Source of the DNA: a virus
Lineage: Duplodnaviria > Caudoviricetes
Strand: one strand, 5' to 3'
DNA: 64,000 bases
Virus record (IMG/VR): IMGVR_UViG_3300010282_000007
Coordinates: 6,297 to 70,296 of that record
Program-made: the position numbers and the translations under genes
Shown here: in pieces, positions 39,938 to 48,765 of the stretch
Layout: the number at the start of each line of letters is the position of its first letter
Position numbering within the stretch: position 1 is the first letter of the stretch
Notes under the pieces: generated by a model
What the model saw: the letters and a program-made list of their open reading frames with translations, nothing else
What the model was told of the DNA's origin: nothing
The model's database searches: none

Positions 39938-40222
39938 ATGACAAAGTTTGAAATGCTACAATGGGGAGTAAAGCACATTGCGGAAAACCATGGGTTTACT
40001 TTCCTTAATGAAGAAGACGGAGAACACGTCTTCACCATCTTTGGCAACAACATTCCTACGTTGGCTGACGTGAGAATGATGTGCGAAGACCTTGGCATCG
40101 ACAAGGAAGACATTTACCACAACACTTTTGGCATCGACATTTTCTTTGGCGAATGGTACTACGAGCAAGGCGACGAGGAAATAGAGTTGTCTAATAGACT
40201 TTGGATGAAACACAAAGCCTGA
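39938..40222 (+). CDS. Hypothetical protein, 94 aa
   Basis: Cassette ORF. Confidence 0.65.
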   Translation: MTKFEMLQWGVKHIAENHGFTFLNEEDGEHVFTIFGNNIPTLADVRMMCEDLGIDKEDIYHNTFGIDIFFGEWYYEQGDEEIELSNRLWMKHKA

Positions 40223-40285
40223 CGAAAAACTCTCATTGGTATTGCAGCCGATGGGAGTACGAATATTCACCAAACTAATTCAATT

Positions 40286-40576
40286 ATGAAAATCAAAAAG
40301 TTTTGCAGCTCATTGTCTTTCAACACAGAAGACATTGAGTTCACCGACTTTTCAACGCTTGGAATTGTCGGGAATTATGGCTACCGATGCAAGGCGGAAT
40401 TAAAGAGAGAGTTCGATGAAGACAAACCGAAACAAGTTTCAATCAAAGTTGGATATTGTTTCGGGAAAACTTTGAACCAACTTGAAAAGAACTGCATCCA
40501 AGAAATCACAGAGGCATGGGAGAAACACCATGCAGGCAACACGGCAAGAACTTATGCCGATGTTATGTGGATGTAA
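40286..40576 (+). CDS. Hypothetical protein, 96 aa
   Basis: Cassette ORF. Confidence 0.65.
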   Translation: MKIKKFCSSLSFNTEDIEFTDFSTLGIVGNYGYRCKAELKREFDEDKPKQVSIKVGYCFGKTLNQLEKNCIQEITEAWEKHHAGNTARTYADVMWM

Positions 40577-40642
40577 ACGAAACTAACTTGCAAAGTTATT
40601 GAATACTTTGCAAGTACGATTATTCACCAAAACAACAAAACT

Positions 40643-40870
40643 ATGGACGTAAGAGAATTAAGCAGAGACCAACTTATTGAATTGAAATGCCAATACATGG
40701 CAGAGTTGGTAAACGAAGGCACTTTTGCCGAAGTAATGGGTGTTGAAAACAACGAGCCTTCATACGGAGACTTGGCTGAAGCAGACCAAAACATTTCCGA
40801 CGAGTTTATCTTTGAGCATTACAACGGCGTACATTTCGTAAACGATGATTTCTTCTGCACAGCAAACTAA
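40643..40870 (+). CDS. Hypothetical acidic protein, 75 aa
   Basis: Cassette ORF. Confidence 0.65.
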   Translation: MDVRELSRDQLIELKCQYMAELVNEGTFAEVMGVENNEPSYGDLAEADQNISDEFIFEHYNGVHFVNDDFFCTAN

Positions 40871-40933
40871 TCTTCAGCGAGTGTGATTAACTTCACGCTT
40901 GCTGGCTAATTGTCTAACCAAATTATAACAACA

Positions 40934-41098
40934 ATGGATAAGTACGAATTACTAAAGAATGAAATCCTCCAACTGATAAACGAGGATGCAGAAAGTTTTG
41001 CATGGAGCATGATAAAATGGTACGGCTACAAGAGCCTGAAAACAAATGGAGAACTTTCTGAAATCAAGAAACTCATGTTAAAAGAAAGGTTGATTTAA
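40934..41098 (+). CDS. Hypothetical protein, 54 aa
   Basis: Cassette ORF. Confidence 0.55.
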   Translation: MDKYELLKNEILQLINEDAESFAWSMIKWYGYKSLKTNGELSEIKKLMLKERLI

Positions 41099-41141
41099 TT
41101 CAACCTTTTTTGCTAATTGTCTAACCCAAAAATTCACAATT

Positions 41142-41882
41142 ATGGAAAGAAAAGAATATTTAGAGAGAGTTATGGATGTAAAGAACGACATCCTGGGCGA
41201 AATCCGCGAAATCCTTGGAGAGGGGAACACTCATTACTACGCCAACCTTTTCTATGTTCACTACGTGGACGGAGAGGTAGCTGCAACAGAAATCTGCGCA
41301 GCCGTTGAAGTGGAAAAATCAGGCTCAATTATCTTCCATGTCAGGCCGGAGGGTGAAAAGGAAACCGAAATGGTTTGCGGAGAATCAGTCTTCGAGTACG
41401 AACCAGAATCATTCATGGACATCCTCTTCAACCTGAAAAAGGAAGTTCGTGAAGAAAAACTTTCCCGACTGCGAAAGATTGTCGAAGACGCTAATGGAGA
41501 GATAAAGTTTGACGGAAACTTTCAGTTTGACGGAAACGATGGCGAGACAATCATTTTAGACTGCCACCTCAATGCCATCAAACTTGTGGATGGTGTTCTC
41601 CACATTTCCAACACCTTTGAAGGAGATAAGTATGTCAACGAAGAATCTTTCATCGACGAAGAGTCTCTCGACGCGGTGATTGAATACGTAAAGAAGACCG
41701 TCACCAAGACGTACACGGCAAGAATTGCGGGAACTTTCACACGAACTTTTCAGGTGACTGCCTCCTCCTATGAAAAAGCAATGGAACTTGCAAAGAAAGA
41801 ATGGGAAAACCATCCCCTTGAGCCAGCGGACGCAAATGGTTATGACATAACCTTGCATAACTATTTCCCGCCGAAAAAGTAA
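41142..41882 (+). CDS. Hypothetical acidic protein, 246 aa (possible internal repeat plus short C-terminal domain)
   Basis: Cassette ORF. Confidence 0.75.
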   Translation: MERKEYLERVMDVKNDILGEIREILGEGNTHYYANLFYVHYVDGEVAATEICAAVEVEKSGSIIFHVRPEGEKETEMVCGESVFEYEPESFMDILFNLKKEVREEKLSRLRKIVEDANGEIKFDGNFQFDGNDGETIILDCHLNAIKLVDGVLHISNTFEGDKYVNEESFIDEESLDAVIEYVKKTVTKTYTARIAGTFTRTFQVTASSYEKAMELAKKEWENHPLEPADANGYDITLHNYFPPKK

Positions 41883-41941
41883 TCACAAGACCATTTCGAT
41901 ATTATCCTCGAAATGGTCACAAACTTTTAAACAAAACAATT

Positions 41942-42142
41942 ATGGTAGCATTAACAAACATTCTTAGCAACTACTTTGGCATCGTTAAGATGTTCAACGA
42001 AAACGGCGAACCCACGATTGCAGCGCAGAGAGCCGCAGGAAAACTCTTAGACTTACTCTACGACTGCGATGATATGGGGCTTTGCAAAGTCCCCGAAGAC
42101 GTGGAAGAGCAACTTGAACTAATAATTGGTGTTCCAGTGTAA
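41942..42142 (+). CDS. Hypothetical protein, 66 aa
   Basis: Cassette ORF. Confidence 0.6.
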   Translation: MVALTNILSNYFGIVKMFNENGEPTIAAQRAAGKLLDLLYDCDDMGLCKVPEDVEEQLELIIGVPV

Positions 42143-42208
42143 GTCTTAATCCTATGCCATCTTGCAATGGTGTAGGATGCAAACTATTCAACAATAAACT
42201 ATTTAATT

Positions 42209-42640
42209 ATGGAAATCAAAAGTTATATGAATGACGGCGCATGCTGGCAAGCACAGTGCGCACTCGCCTACATCAGAGCAAATGTCGAGAGCATTTTGGA
42301 AGCATCGTGGTATGATGAAATGAGAAGTTACCTCGCGCAAATCGACATAGGTCGCTTTGAGAATTGCAGAGAACAAGGCTACATCTTCTCAATCAGAAAC
42401 TATCCCAATTACGACAAGCAAGGGAACTGGGTAGTCTATGAACATCGCAACGTGGACCATGCAATGGTCTTCTTCTTCAATGGGAAAACAATAAACACGC
42501 CTACGCTCGATGAAGTCTGCGACAAGATGGATAATGGTGCATACTGCACAAAAAAAGATTTCGGCTACGACATCCCCAAAATGCTTGAGTGGCTGAAAAA
42601 GGACATGACGGAATGGGTTGAAGATGCCTACGCCGTGTAA
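42209..42640 (+). CDS. Hypothetical protein, 143 aa
   Basis: Cassette ORF. Confidence 0.7.
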   Translation: MEIKSYMNDGACWQAQCALAYIRANVESILEASWYDEMRSYLAQIDIGRFENCREQGYIFSIRNYPNYDKQGNWVVYEHRNVDHAMVFFFNGKTINTPTLDEVCDKMDNGAYCTKKDFGYDIPKMLEWLKKDMTEWVEDAYAV

Positions 42641-42705
42641 ACTTTTCGCCTGGCAAGTTGTTGCGAAACTTGCTGGGTGCAAAACATTAACCAATCATTA
42701 GTATT

Positions 42706-42975
42706 ATGTATTTTGACGGAAATTTATCAGTTGAGTTCACCTATGATGGTGAAAAATTTCATAAAACTGTTTGCCCAACTTTCGCTATTGAAGACCAAGA
42801 ACTAAAAGATTGTTGGAACTACGTCTTTTACAATGACAACGAAACCGTAAAGTTTACTCTTGTCGGCGAATACGACGAAAACGACAATCTTTCAACAGTG
42901 GACGCACTTTTTATCAAGGCTCTTTGCTTTTGGAATGGGTGCGAAACAATCATTGATGACATCGACATCGTGTAA
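42706..42975 (+). CDS. Hypothetical acidic protein, 89 aa
   Basis: Cassette ORF. Confidence 0.65.
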   Translation: MYFDGNLSVEFTYDGEKFHKTVCPTFAIEDQELKDCWNYVFYNDNETVKFTLVGEYDENDNLSTVDALFIKALCFWNGCETIIDDIDIV

Positions 42976-43045
42976 ATCCTATTACTTGGCAAGTTTTCAA
43001 TAACTTGCTGGGTGCAAACATTATTCACAACTAAAACCAATCATT

Positions 43046-43300
43046 ATGGAAAGTTTAACACAAGAATTGGCGATGGACTTCATGCATCGCAACGACCCAA
43101 ACTTCTACGCAAACGACATTGACTTCGCCATCTTCATTGGAGAGTTGTCGGTCAGCGTGGAAAGTATTTGGTATTCCGACAAGGACGATAAAATCTACAT
43201 TCATTGTGGATGCGAGGAATTTGAGGGAGACCTTGACATTGACTCCCTATCGGAGAAGAACCAAAAGATTTTGCGGAAAGTTTTCCGTGAACACATCTAA
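43046..43300 (+). CDS. Hypothetical acidic protein, 84 aa
   Basis: Cassette ORF. Confidence 0.65.
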   Translation: MESLTQELAMDFMHRNDPNFYANDIDFAIFIGELSVSVESIWYSDKDDKIYIHCGCEEFEGDLDIDSLSEKNQKILRKVFREHI

Positions 43301-43368
43301 AGTCTTCATTTCCGAATGTGGTTTGCCGCCACGTTTGGAAGCAACTATTCACCAATAAAAATACAATT

Positions 43369-43668
43369 ATGAACAAAGCAAACATTCTCGCCATTAAGGC
43401 ATGGGTCTATTTCACTTTCAATTATTACGACCCGAAAGATTTCATTCGATACATTTGCGATAGAAACGGTCGTCCCGACCTTGAAAAGCATTTCCTTGAT
43501 AGTTTCAACGAAATCTACGAAAGAGTAGGGAGCAAGGCCGTGATGAATGTGTTTTACTGCTACCTCAGTCCAACAAATCAGGAAGCGTTGGTGGAGTATG
43601 CAATCAAAGTATATGCCCCGAATGGCCTTTACCTCACAGAAGAAGACAGGAAACTCCTTGGCCTTTAG
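43369..43668 (+). CDS. Hypothetical protein, 99 aa
   Basis: Cassette ORF. Confidence 0.65.
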   Translation: MNKANILAIKAWVYFTFNYYDPKDFIRYICDRNGRPDLEKHFLDSFNEIYERVGSKAVMNVFYCYLSPTNQEALVEYAIKVYAPNGLYLTEEDRKLLGL

Positions 43669-43739
43669 CCAAACGAGCAAGGTGCATTTTGCGATGTTCC
43701 TTGCCACAAAACATTATTCACCAATTAATCTATTCAATT

Positions 43740-44924
43740 ATGACAGACTTAGAGAAAAACAAGGCCATCTACAAGGCTATGAAAGAAATCGCAAACGAAG
43801 TCTTTGCAAACGCGGCGAAAGCCAGCGAAAGTTTGCGGGCGTACATCAAGGAAAACGGAAACCCCGTGTCGCTTGCCGACATCATTAAGAGAAATTCCGC
43901 AGTGTACTGCCAAATTGCAGACGTTACGCCATTCAACCGCCAAACAAAGGAGGGTATCAGAACAATCGAGGTCGATACATTCTCCTGCGAGTTCCCTCCG
44001 ATGCAAGTTTTCGACCTGCTCAAGACCTTCAAAAGTCTTGCAAAGGAAAGTGGCGATGTGGTTTTCACCTACGAAGAGGAGATAAAGAACGAGTTTGTTG
44101 GCACAATCGAACTGACATTCGAGAAACCAGCAAACGCGAAAGCGTTCTGCAACTTCGCCGACAAAGACCCAAATAGAGATATGCTCGGTTATATCCTCGT
44201 TGAAGTCAACACGGAAAGCAAAGACATCAGCATTGTGGCAAGCAATGGTGCAATCTTGGCCGTAATGTCGCAAAACCCACAAAGCGTATGGAACACTCCA
44301 GACGATTTGGATGCAAACTATCAGGCTCTTTTCAGTCCGGTAGATTGGAAGCGTATTTGCGACCATGCCAAAAAGTTTGGCTCGGTGAGTTTCAAACTCT
44401 ACCGAAAGAACGGAGAAGAGAACCAAGACACGATGATTGCCGACATCAATGGGAATGCAATAAAGTCTTCGCAGATTAATTGCAGATACCCGAACTGGCG
44501 CAGCGTCCTCCCGAAAGGAAAGTACAAGCATTTCAAAATCAAGGAGGAAGATTCCAAGGCAGCACAAAAATGGCTCAAGTCTTTCAAGGCAGAACCTTAT
44601 GAAACGGTGAATGTCTCATTCTACAAAGGTTCTGACTTGGTGTATTTCGACTACAAAGACTTAGACTTTGGAATTGAGAAATCAATCTCATTCCGTCTTG
44701 AAGAGCCATCTGACGAAACTATTGGGGTGTTCTACAGGCTCAACATGCTTCGCTCAACGCTTGCTACTGGTTTCTACATCGTACACCACGAGAGAGCAAC
44801 TTACTTGGACTCTCCGCTGGCCGACATCTTGCTTATCATGCCGTGCCTCTCCGACGATAACATATACGTGCGAAAAGTCGAGGAAAGAGAAGTTTGCATC
44901 GAGACAGAAGTCATTGCCGCCTAA
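43740..44924 (+). CDS. DNA polymerase III beta (sliding clamp)-like protein, 394 aa
   Basis: FADKDPNRDMLGYILVEV..IVASNGAILAV and INCRYPNWRSVLPK resemble the beta-clamp central-domain motifs (A..D..R..L.G..; VATDGHRLA; FPDYRRVIP). Confidence 0.55.
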   Translation: MTDLEKNKAIYKAMKEIANEVFANAAKASESLRAYIKENGNPVSLADIIKRNSAVYCQIADVTPFNRQTKEGIRTIEVDTFSCEFPPMQVFDLLKTFKSLAKESGDVVFTYEEEIKNEFVGTIELTFEKPANAKAFCNFADKDPNRDMLGYILVEVNTESKDISIVASNGAILAVMSQNPQSVWNTPDDLDANYQALFSPVDWKRICDHAKKFGSVSFKLYRKNGEENQDTMIADINGNAIKSSQINCRYPNWRSVLPKGKYKHFKIKEEDSKAAQKWLKSFKAEPYETVNVSFYKGSDLVYFDYKDLDFGIEKSISFRLEEPSDETIGVFYRLNMLRSTLATGFYIVHHERATYLDSPLADILLIMPCLSDDNIYVRKVEEREVCIETEVIAA

Positions 44925-45026
44925 TTGGCCAACAACACATGTCACACCCTGCAAATGTGGCATGTGGCAAACAATATTCACAAACTTTTATCGTTATTAT
45001 GATATGTGTCATTAAACCAAAAAATT

Positions 45027-45314
45027 ATGGAAAATAAGAAAGTAACTATTATTGCGACTGACAAAATTGGGCGCACGGAATCAATTAAATTCATCTTTCC
45101 GACCAACTTGGCAGACCGACTTTTCAAGGCAGCGGGAATGACCTATCCCGATGGAAGTCCTTGTTCTGAACTTCAAAAAGAACTGAATGAATTGTACGAC
45201 AACTATAAGATGGGATGGAAACCTGAAATCTCAACTTATCAGTATCGCAAACTCAAAAGTTTCTTCAACCTAATCTACAATAAGTTCTACAATTACAAAC
45301 TTACAATAGAATGA
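45027..45314 (+). CDS. Hypothetical protein, 95 aa
   Basis: ORF. Confidence 0.6.
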   Translation: MENKKVTIIATDKIGRTESIKFIFPTNLADRLFKAAGMTYPDGSPCSELQKELNELYDNYKMGWKPEISTYQYRKLKSFFNLIYNKFYNYKLTIE

Positions 45315-45553
45315 GCAAAAGAAAATTCATGCTCTGCAAATATCCCACGCAGGGTTTCGGAGAAAAAAGTGGAAAGTTCTATTTACTTGATATGTTCGGG
45401 AATAGGTACGACATTACTGACGAATATGACAAAGTGTTAGAGCAGATGGATAAGAGTGTTACAATCAATGGTGAAACTTTCTGCAAAGAAACAATTTCAG
45501 AATTAGTAGAAACACTACAAGTTCGGTACGATACCAGCATTGAAAACTGGTAG
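45311..45553 (+). CDS. Hypothetical protein, 80 aa
   Basis: ATGA overlap. Confidence 0.6.
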   Translation: MSKRKFMLCKYPTQGFGEKSGKFYLLDMFGNRYDITDEYDKVLEQMDKSVTINGETFCKETISELVETLQVRYDTSIENW

Positions 45554-45627
45554 TCTTTTGAGTGCATAGTCCTGACGAGTCTATGCACTTGCAACGCTTT
45601 TAGTTTTTAACCTACAAAATTCAAGTT

Positions 45628-45915
45628 ATGGGAAAAATATTCAAATTTAACTTTGAGGATTGCAAGTCCTTTGAGGACATCAAATTTGAAATCGAGTTTC
45701 AGCTGCATTTTGAAACCATCGTCACAGACGAAGAGGATGCCAAGCGACACTTTCAGGAGTGCGAAATCAAAGAGGATGTCGAGACGGAAACAATCTTCAG
45801 TAAGAATGTTCACATCGTCACAGAAGAAGGCGAAGAGATTTACTTTGTCCGCGTTTGCTGCCACTTTGTGCCAGGCTACGAAAGCGTGTATTCATACTCA
45901 ATAGCCTTGGAATGA
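45628..45915 (+). CDS. Hypothetical acidic protein, 95 aa
   Basis: Cassette ORF. Confidence 0.65.
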   Translation: MGKIFKFNFEDCKSFEDIKFEIEFQLHFETIVTDEEDAKRHFQECEIKEDVETETIFSKNVHIVTEEGEEIYFVRVCCHFVPGYESVYSYSIALE

Positions 45916-46151
45916 CAAAAGAAGAAGCGGCGGGCATTCCTGAACTGCAAATCCATCCAAATGGTATTGTGGAAGACGCATTCTTCTACAAACTTGCAAA
46001 GGCCGGAAAACTTTCCAAAGAAGAAGGTTCTGCGGCTGAAAAAAGGTTGGATCCTTCCGACCCTTGCTACCAAGGTGCGTTGTTTGTGGCCGACCTAATG
46101 CTCGAAAACCTCGAAAAGTACGGCGTGCCGTGCGTAGATTGGTGCGAGTAA
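45912..46151 (+). CDS. Hypothetical protein, 79 aa
   Basis: ATGA overlap. Confidence 0.6.
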   Translation: MTKEEAAGIPELQIHPNGIVEDAFFYKLAKAGKLSKEEGSAAEKRLDPSDPCYQGALFVADLMLENLEKYGVPCVDWCE

Positions 46152-46218
46152 TCTACAACCTTCGTTCTCTTTGCAAAGGACGAAGGTGCAAAGTTTACCA
46201 ACCATCAAATTGTTTATT

Positions 46219-46446
46219 ATGGATAGATTAGACATCTTTGACTTTCACGTCAACAACGTAGTGCGTCATGAGTTCGACACGCTTGAACACCTTCTCATTT
46301 ACCCAGATTTCAAGGAGGAAATCATAAGGCTTCGAGAAATCGACGAAATGCTTGAAAAACTTCGGGTAGATGTTCGGAAAAAGGCTTGGGATGAAAGAAA
46401 GGCGCGAGGGATGTTTGAAGAATTGTGGCAACCCAGGGGAAAGTAG
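46219..46446 (+). CDS. Hypothetical helical protein, 75 aa
   Basis: Cassette ORF. Confidence 0.6.
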   Translation: MDRLDIFDFHVNNVVRHEFDTLEHLLIYPDFKEEIIRLREIDEMLEKLRVDVRKKAWDERKARGMFEELWQPRGK

Positions 46447-46509
46447 CCGCGCAGCAACTTCCATTCTTTATGCAAAAGGATGGAAGTACGAATATTAATC
46501 AATCCAATT

Positions 46510-47712
46510 ATGAACGAACAGAAAATATCAAGAAAAGACATTGTGAAAGCCACGTTGCTTTCTTTTAAAGTATCATTCTACGACTTTGAAGAGATTGTTG
46601 GCATATCGCAAACCTTATACAAGTTCCGTCCGCAAATCGGAAACCGCATATCAAAGATACGCGGGCTGAAGGACGAATTTGCATCGGCTCTCGGCGTACC
46701 AAATGTCCGCATTATCGCTCCTATGACCGATGGGAGCGTCGGCATAGAGGTACCAAACAAACAAAGGGAAATTGTTCCAATATCCGACATTTTTGAAACA
46801 CCAGAGTTTCGGGATGCAGAAATGGCATTGCCATGCGCTATCGGAAGAACAGTCACCAACGAAATCTTCATCGCCGACCTCGCAAGGATGCCGCATCTTC
46901 TTGTGGCTGGCGCAACAGGTCAAGGAAAGTCCGTTGGTCTTAACGTCATGCTTATGTCTCTTCTACGGAAGAAAAAGCCAAGCGAATTAAAACTTGTGCT
47001 TATCGACCCGAAGAAAGTTGAATTGTCGGCATACGAAAAGATTGCACGGCCTTACATCACGCAAATGGAAGGTTTGCCGCCTGTCATAACGGAGGCAGAC
47101 CATGCCCAACTCATGCTCGATGGTCTTTGCAGACTTATGGAAAAGCGTTACACCATGCTCAACCAACTTGGCGCAAGGAACATCGAAGAATACAACGCAA
47201 GATGCATAGACAAGATGGAATACTACGTCATCGTCATTGACGAGTTCGGTGACCTTGTTATGCAATCGGGTAGGGAAATGGAGAGGCTTATCTGCCGCCT
47301 TGCACAAAAGGCGAGAGCGGTAGGCATGCACCTAATCATTTCAACCCAACGCCCTGACACGAAAGTTGTCACGGGCAACATCAAGGCAAACTTCCCGACG
47401 AGAATTGCCTTCCGCACCACAACAGGCGTTGACTCTCGCGTCATACTCGACCAAATGGGAGCGGAAAAACTTTTGGGAAACGGCGACATGCTCTATTTTT
47501 CGGGAGCAGAACTTGTCCGTGTGCAATGTGCATACGTCAGCACGAAAGAGGTGTGGGACACTTGCCAGCGGATAGGCGAACGTTATGCCGATGCTCGGCC
47601 CAAAGTTTTGCGTGTCATAAGACCGCAAGCAATAGACAACGATGACTATCATGCCATGTTCCAAGAAATTTTCAAAAGGTGCGGCATTAAAGGTCTTTAC
47701 TCTATGTATTAA
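46510..47712 (+). CDS. ftsK: FtsK/SpoIIIE-family DNA translocase motor (no TM or gamma domain), 400 aa
   Basis: MPHLLVAGATGQGKS, LIDPKKVEL, VIDEFGDL, KARAVGMHLIISTQRP, GAEKLLGNGDML. Confidence 0.92.
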   Translation: MNEQKISRKDIVKATLLSFKVSFYDFEEIVGISQTLYKFRPQIGNRISKIRGLKDEFASALGVPNVRIIAPMTDGSVGIEVPNKQREIVPISDIFETPEFRDAEMALPCAIGRTVTNEIFIADLARMPHLLVAGATGQGKSVGLNVMLMSLLRKKKPSELKLVLIDPKKVELSAYEKIARPYITQMEGLPPVITEADHAQLMLDGLCRLMEKRYTMLNQLGARNIEEYNARCIDKMEYYVIVIDEFGDLVMQSGREMERLICRLAQKARAVGMHLIISTQRPDTKVVTGNIKANFPTRIAFRTTTGVDSRVILDQMGAEKLLGNGDMLYFSGAELVRVQCAYVSTKEVWDTCQRIGERYADARPKVLRVIRPQAIDNDDYHAMFQEIFKRCGIKGLYSMY

Positions 47713-47848
47713 CGCCTCAAGGGGTTTGGCAAGTTGAATTGCCAGACCTTTCCATTCAGCTTCATAATTGAGCAATTTTTGGTGAACGGCGTATGGAATG
47801 CAATAATTCCATACGCTACAATTATGGTAAATTTAAAATGGAATAATT

Positions 47849-48685
47849 ATGAAAATTCTTAGTTTTGAACAAGAGTTCGAGAGAGCCTGCCCCGGAAACA
47901 TTCACCTCATACGCTATATGCGAGAGGCTATCGGGGTGAAGAATGTGGAGTGGGAACACCTCACGACACTCAACCTGTCGAAAGTACGGGAGCATATTTG
48001 CTCCATCGTTAATGGGAACAGCGCATGCACTTACCTTGCCATCATCAAGGCGTTCCTTGCAAAATACGCTGACGAGGGCATTGTGCCATGCAAGAACCCG
48101 AAGAAAGAGTTGAAGGCGAAGAAAATGCCGTCTCAAAACGTCTATCTCACCGAAGAAGAAATAGACCGTATCGAAAAATACGAGCCTAAAACTTTCTGCG
48201 AACAAGACGTTAAGGCAGCATTTCTTATCGAGTGCTACCTTGGTGCAAGACGGTCAGATGTCGAGAACCTGACGGACGAAAACATCGTTGATGGTCGTAT
48301 CGTGTATGTGTCAAAGAAAACGCATACCGAATGCTCCGTGCCTATCCATAAGAAACTTTTGAAATACTTGCAATACAAGCAGGTCGCGAAGAGGGCGCGT
48401 AGCGTTACGAACAGAACCATCCAGCGCATTTGCAAGGAAGTTGGAATAACGCAGGAGGTAAAGTTGTTCTACCACGGCAAATTGGTGAAGAGACCTAAGT
48501 ACGAGTTCGTGGGTTCGCACACCGCACGAAGGTCTTTCTGTTCAAACCTCGCAAAGAGAGGTGTTGACATCTACACCATCGCAGCACTCGCAGGGCACTC
48601 GCAGAATGTGACCATGACGCAGCGTTACGTTGTAACCGACATGGACAACATTTCTGACGAGGCAATGAACTTCTTCAATGGGTAA
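47849..48685 (+). CDS. Tyrosine recombinase (no arm-binding domain), 278 aa
   Basis: Catalytic set GARRSD (R), KKT (K), HTARRSF (HxxR), AGHS (H), TQRY (Y). Confidence 0.92.
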   Translation: MKILSFEQEFERACPGNIHLIRYMREAIGVKNVEWEHLTTLNLSKVREHICSIVNGNSACTYLAIIKAFLAKYADEGIVPCKNPKKELKAKKMPSQNVYLTEEEIDRIEKYEPKTFCEQDVKAAFLIECYLGARRSDVENLTDENIVDGRIVYVSKKTHTECSVPIHKKLLKYLQYKQVAKRARSVTNRTIQRICKEVGITQEVKLFYHGKLVKRPKYEFVGSHTARRSFCSNLAKRGVDIYTIAALAGHSQNVTMTQRYVVTDMDNISDEAMNFFNG

Positions 48686-48765
48686 GAAGCAAAAAAGTGG
48701 AGAGCGGCCTTGCAACCACTCCCCACGCAAATTTTAGTTTTGTCGTTGCCGAATTGTCGCAACTA

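Larger units (their letters stand above)
29628..48726 (+). repeat. About 40 intergenic hairpin plus leader units separating single-gene cassettes
   Basis: Stop codon, then a 9-14 bp stem (frequent G.T pairs, TTGC loop in about 16), then AGTACGA or TGCA, then TATTCACC/TTAACC, then AAAA..aattATG. Manual count. Confidence 0.85.

Noticed and set aside
29628-48726. Classical integron
   Set aside because: The recombinase lies downstream and co-oriented, with no recognisable IntI insertion or attI, and the hairpins are shorter than attC with inconsistent RYYYAAC/GTTRRRY ends. Kept only as an analogy.
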